Part shown: positions 22,824-24,000 of the stretch, in pieces
How positions within the stretch are numbered: position 1 is the stretch's first letter
How the letters are laid out: each line of letters starts with the position of its first letter
Assembly (NCBI RefSeq): GCF_014931565.1
Contig: NZ_CP063353.1
Span: forward strand, 3,798,872-3,822,871
Reading direction: 5' to 3'
Source: Clostridium sp. 'deep sea'
GTDB taxonomy: Bacteria; Bacillota; UBA994; PWPR01
Length of the DNA stretch: 24,000 nucleotides
The notes under the pieces: model-generated
What the model was told of the DNA's origin: nothing
Database searches by the model: none
What the model saw: only the letters and a program-made list of their open reading frames with translations
Made by a program: the position numbers and the translations under genes

Positions 22824-23938
22824 CTTTACTAAATAGTATATTTATCATGTTAATTGTTGTATTAGTTTTTATTATCTTATACTATTCTATAGGACATAAC
22901 TTAGCAAAAATGTCCATTGTGGAAGAAATTTATCCTACCGGGGTATATATAACAATACATGAGTTAACTGAAAAATCTATAATAGCTGATAATCGAGGTT
23001 TGAATCCTAAACAATTAGACAAAGTAAATATCGATACAATTCAGTTAGATAAGTTAATTATAAAGGAGATTTCAAAGAAATTAATGACTGTGTTAATAAC
23101 AATATTTATAGTTGTTATGATAATCTCATTTATACTGAGTCGGTATTTGTCTTCACTTACAATGAAGCCACTAGAGTCAATAACTAAAGCTATTAATGAA
23201 CTGTCATCAGACAATTTAGAACTGAACATTAATTTAAATAAAATTAACGCAGATGATGAAATTATAAAGCTAACGAAGTCTTATAACAATGTTGTTAAGA
23301 CCTTAAACAAGACCTTTTTTGATTTAGAACAGTTTAACTCTTATGCCTCACATGAACTTCGTAATTCATTGGCTATTTTTAAATCAAAAATAGAGGTAGG
23401 GGCAAGTAGTGAGGAACTTAATAAATATATTGATAAGTTAAAAGTGACTATTAATGACATGCTGATACTTTCTGCCAGACAAATAAATAATAATACTGAA
23501 CAAGTAGATATCGCCTTAATAGCAGCACAAGCTGTAGATGATTACTTAACAACTGGTAGAACTATTAAGCTTGAGATACCCGAAGATGGAGTTACCCCTA
23601 TAGCTGGTAATGAGAGTTGGTTTTATAGATGTGTAGCTAATTTACTGGATAATGCCATTAAGTATAGTAATGAAGACACACCTATTAATGTATGTGTAAA
23701 AGAAAAAGATAATGCTGTAATACTATCTGTAGAAGACTTTGGTATGGGTATTTCTAAAAAAGATCAAGAAAATATTTGGCAACCTTATTATAGTATTAAT
23801 TCAGGTAAGAGTATTCATGGCTTAGGATTATCGCTTATAAATAATGTAGTGGATTTATGTGGTGGTATGGTATGGGTCAACAGCTCACAAAACAAAGGAA
23901 GTACTTTTTATCTCTCTCTACCTATTTCTTTATCTTAA
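22799..23938 (+). CDS. Sensor histidine kinase (two TM segments, HisKA plus HATPase_c)
   Basis: H-box ASHELRNSLA, N-box LLDNAIKYS, G-boxes EDFGMGI and GLGLSLI. It overlaps the RR gene by 25 nt, consistent with translational coupling. Confidence 0.9.
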   Translation: MFKFKTRIALLNSIFIMLIVVLVFIILYYSIGHNLAKMSIVEEIYPTGVYITIHELTEKSIIADNRGLNPKQLDKVNIDTIQLDKLIIKEISKKLMTVLITIFIVVMIISFILSRYLSSLTMKPLESITKAINELSSDNLELNINLNKINADDEIIKLTKSYNNVVKTLNKTFFDLEQFNSYASHELRNSLAIFKSKIEVGASSEELNKYIDKLKVTINDMLILSARQINNNTEQVDIALIAAQAVDDYLTTGRTIKLEIPEDGVTPIAGNESWFYRCVANLLDNAIKYSNEDTPINVCVKEKDNAVILSVEDFGMGISKKDQENIWQPYYSINSGKSIHGLGLSLINNVVDLCGGMVWVNSSQNKGSTFYLSLPISLS

Positions 23939-23989
23939 CTTAACATTGCTTTTGCTATGATATTAAAAACTGAAATAGGAGACTAAAAA

Positions 23990-24000
23990 ATGGCAAATAT
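23990..24000 (+). CDS. Possible start of the next gene, truncated by the window edge
   Basis: ATGGCAAATAT is preceded by TAGGAGAC at appropriate spacing. Only 11 nt are visible. Confidence 0.25.

Overview
AT-rich, Firmicutes/Clostridia-like chromosomal segment with standard code-11 gene structure, Shine-Dalgarno sites and hairpin plus T-tract terminators. It reads as a mosaic accessory region. Left to right: a transglutaminase-like lipoprotein; a DUF1835/DUF3658-type protein; an IS256-family element (1663 bp, 8-bp target duplication) inserted three codons into an EamA/DMT transporter gene; a TetR regulator with a long PEP-utilizing phosphotransferase of rifampin-phosphotransferase-like architecture; a decayed M28-peptidase remnant and a GNAT gene with no canonical start; a YjjI/YjjW-type glycyl-radical enzyme and activase pair with a convergent Crp/Fnr-family regulator; and an orphan Cys-rich 362-aa protein. 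Two loci stand out. (1) A RAYT-type HUH/Y1 transposase gene is followed directly by a ~1.05-kb array of 21 GTAG-headed REP-like hairpins. They form about 10 inverted doublets with a ~103-bp period, a BIME/REPIN-like layout, and a solo copy 5 kb away serves as an operon terminator. (2) A five-gene dlt-like envelope-acylation cassette has non-canonical content: a dedicated Sfp-type PPTase, a DltA-like adenylating enzyme with Ser in place of the amine-binding Asp, a carrier protein, an MBOAT and a DltD-like partner. An OmpR/histidine-kinase pair follows it. All calls come from reading the sequence and the ORF translations. No database search was run.
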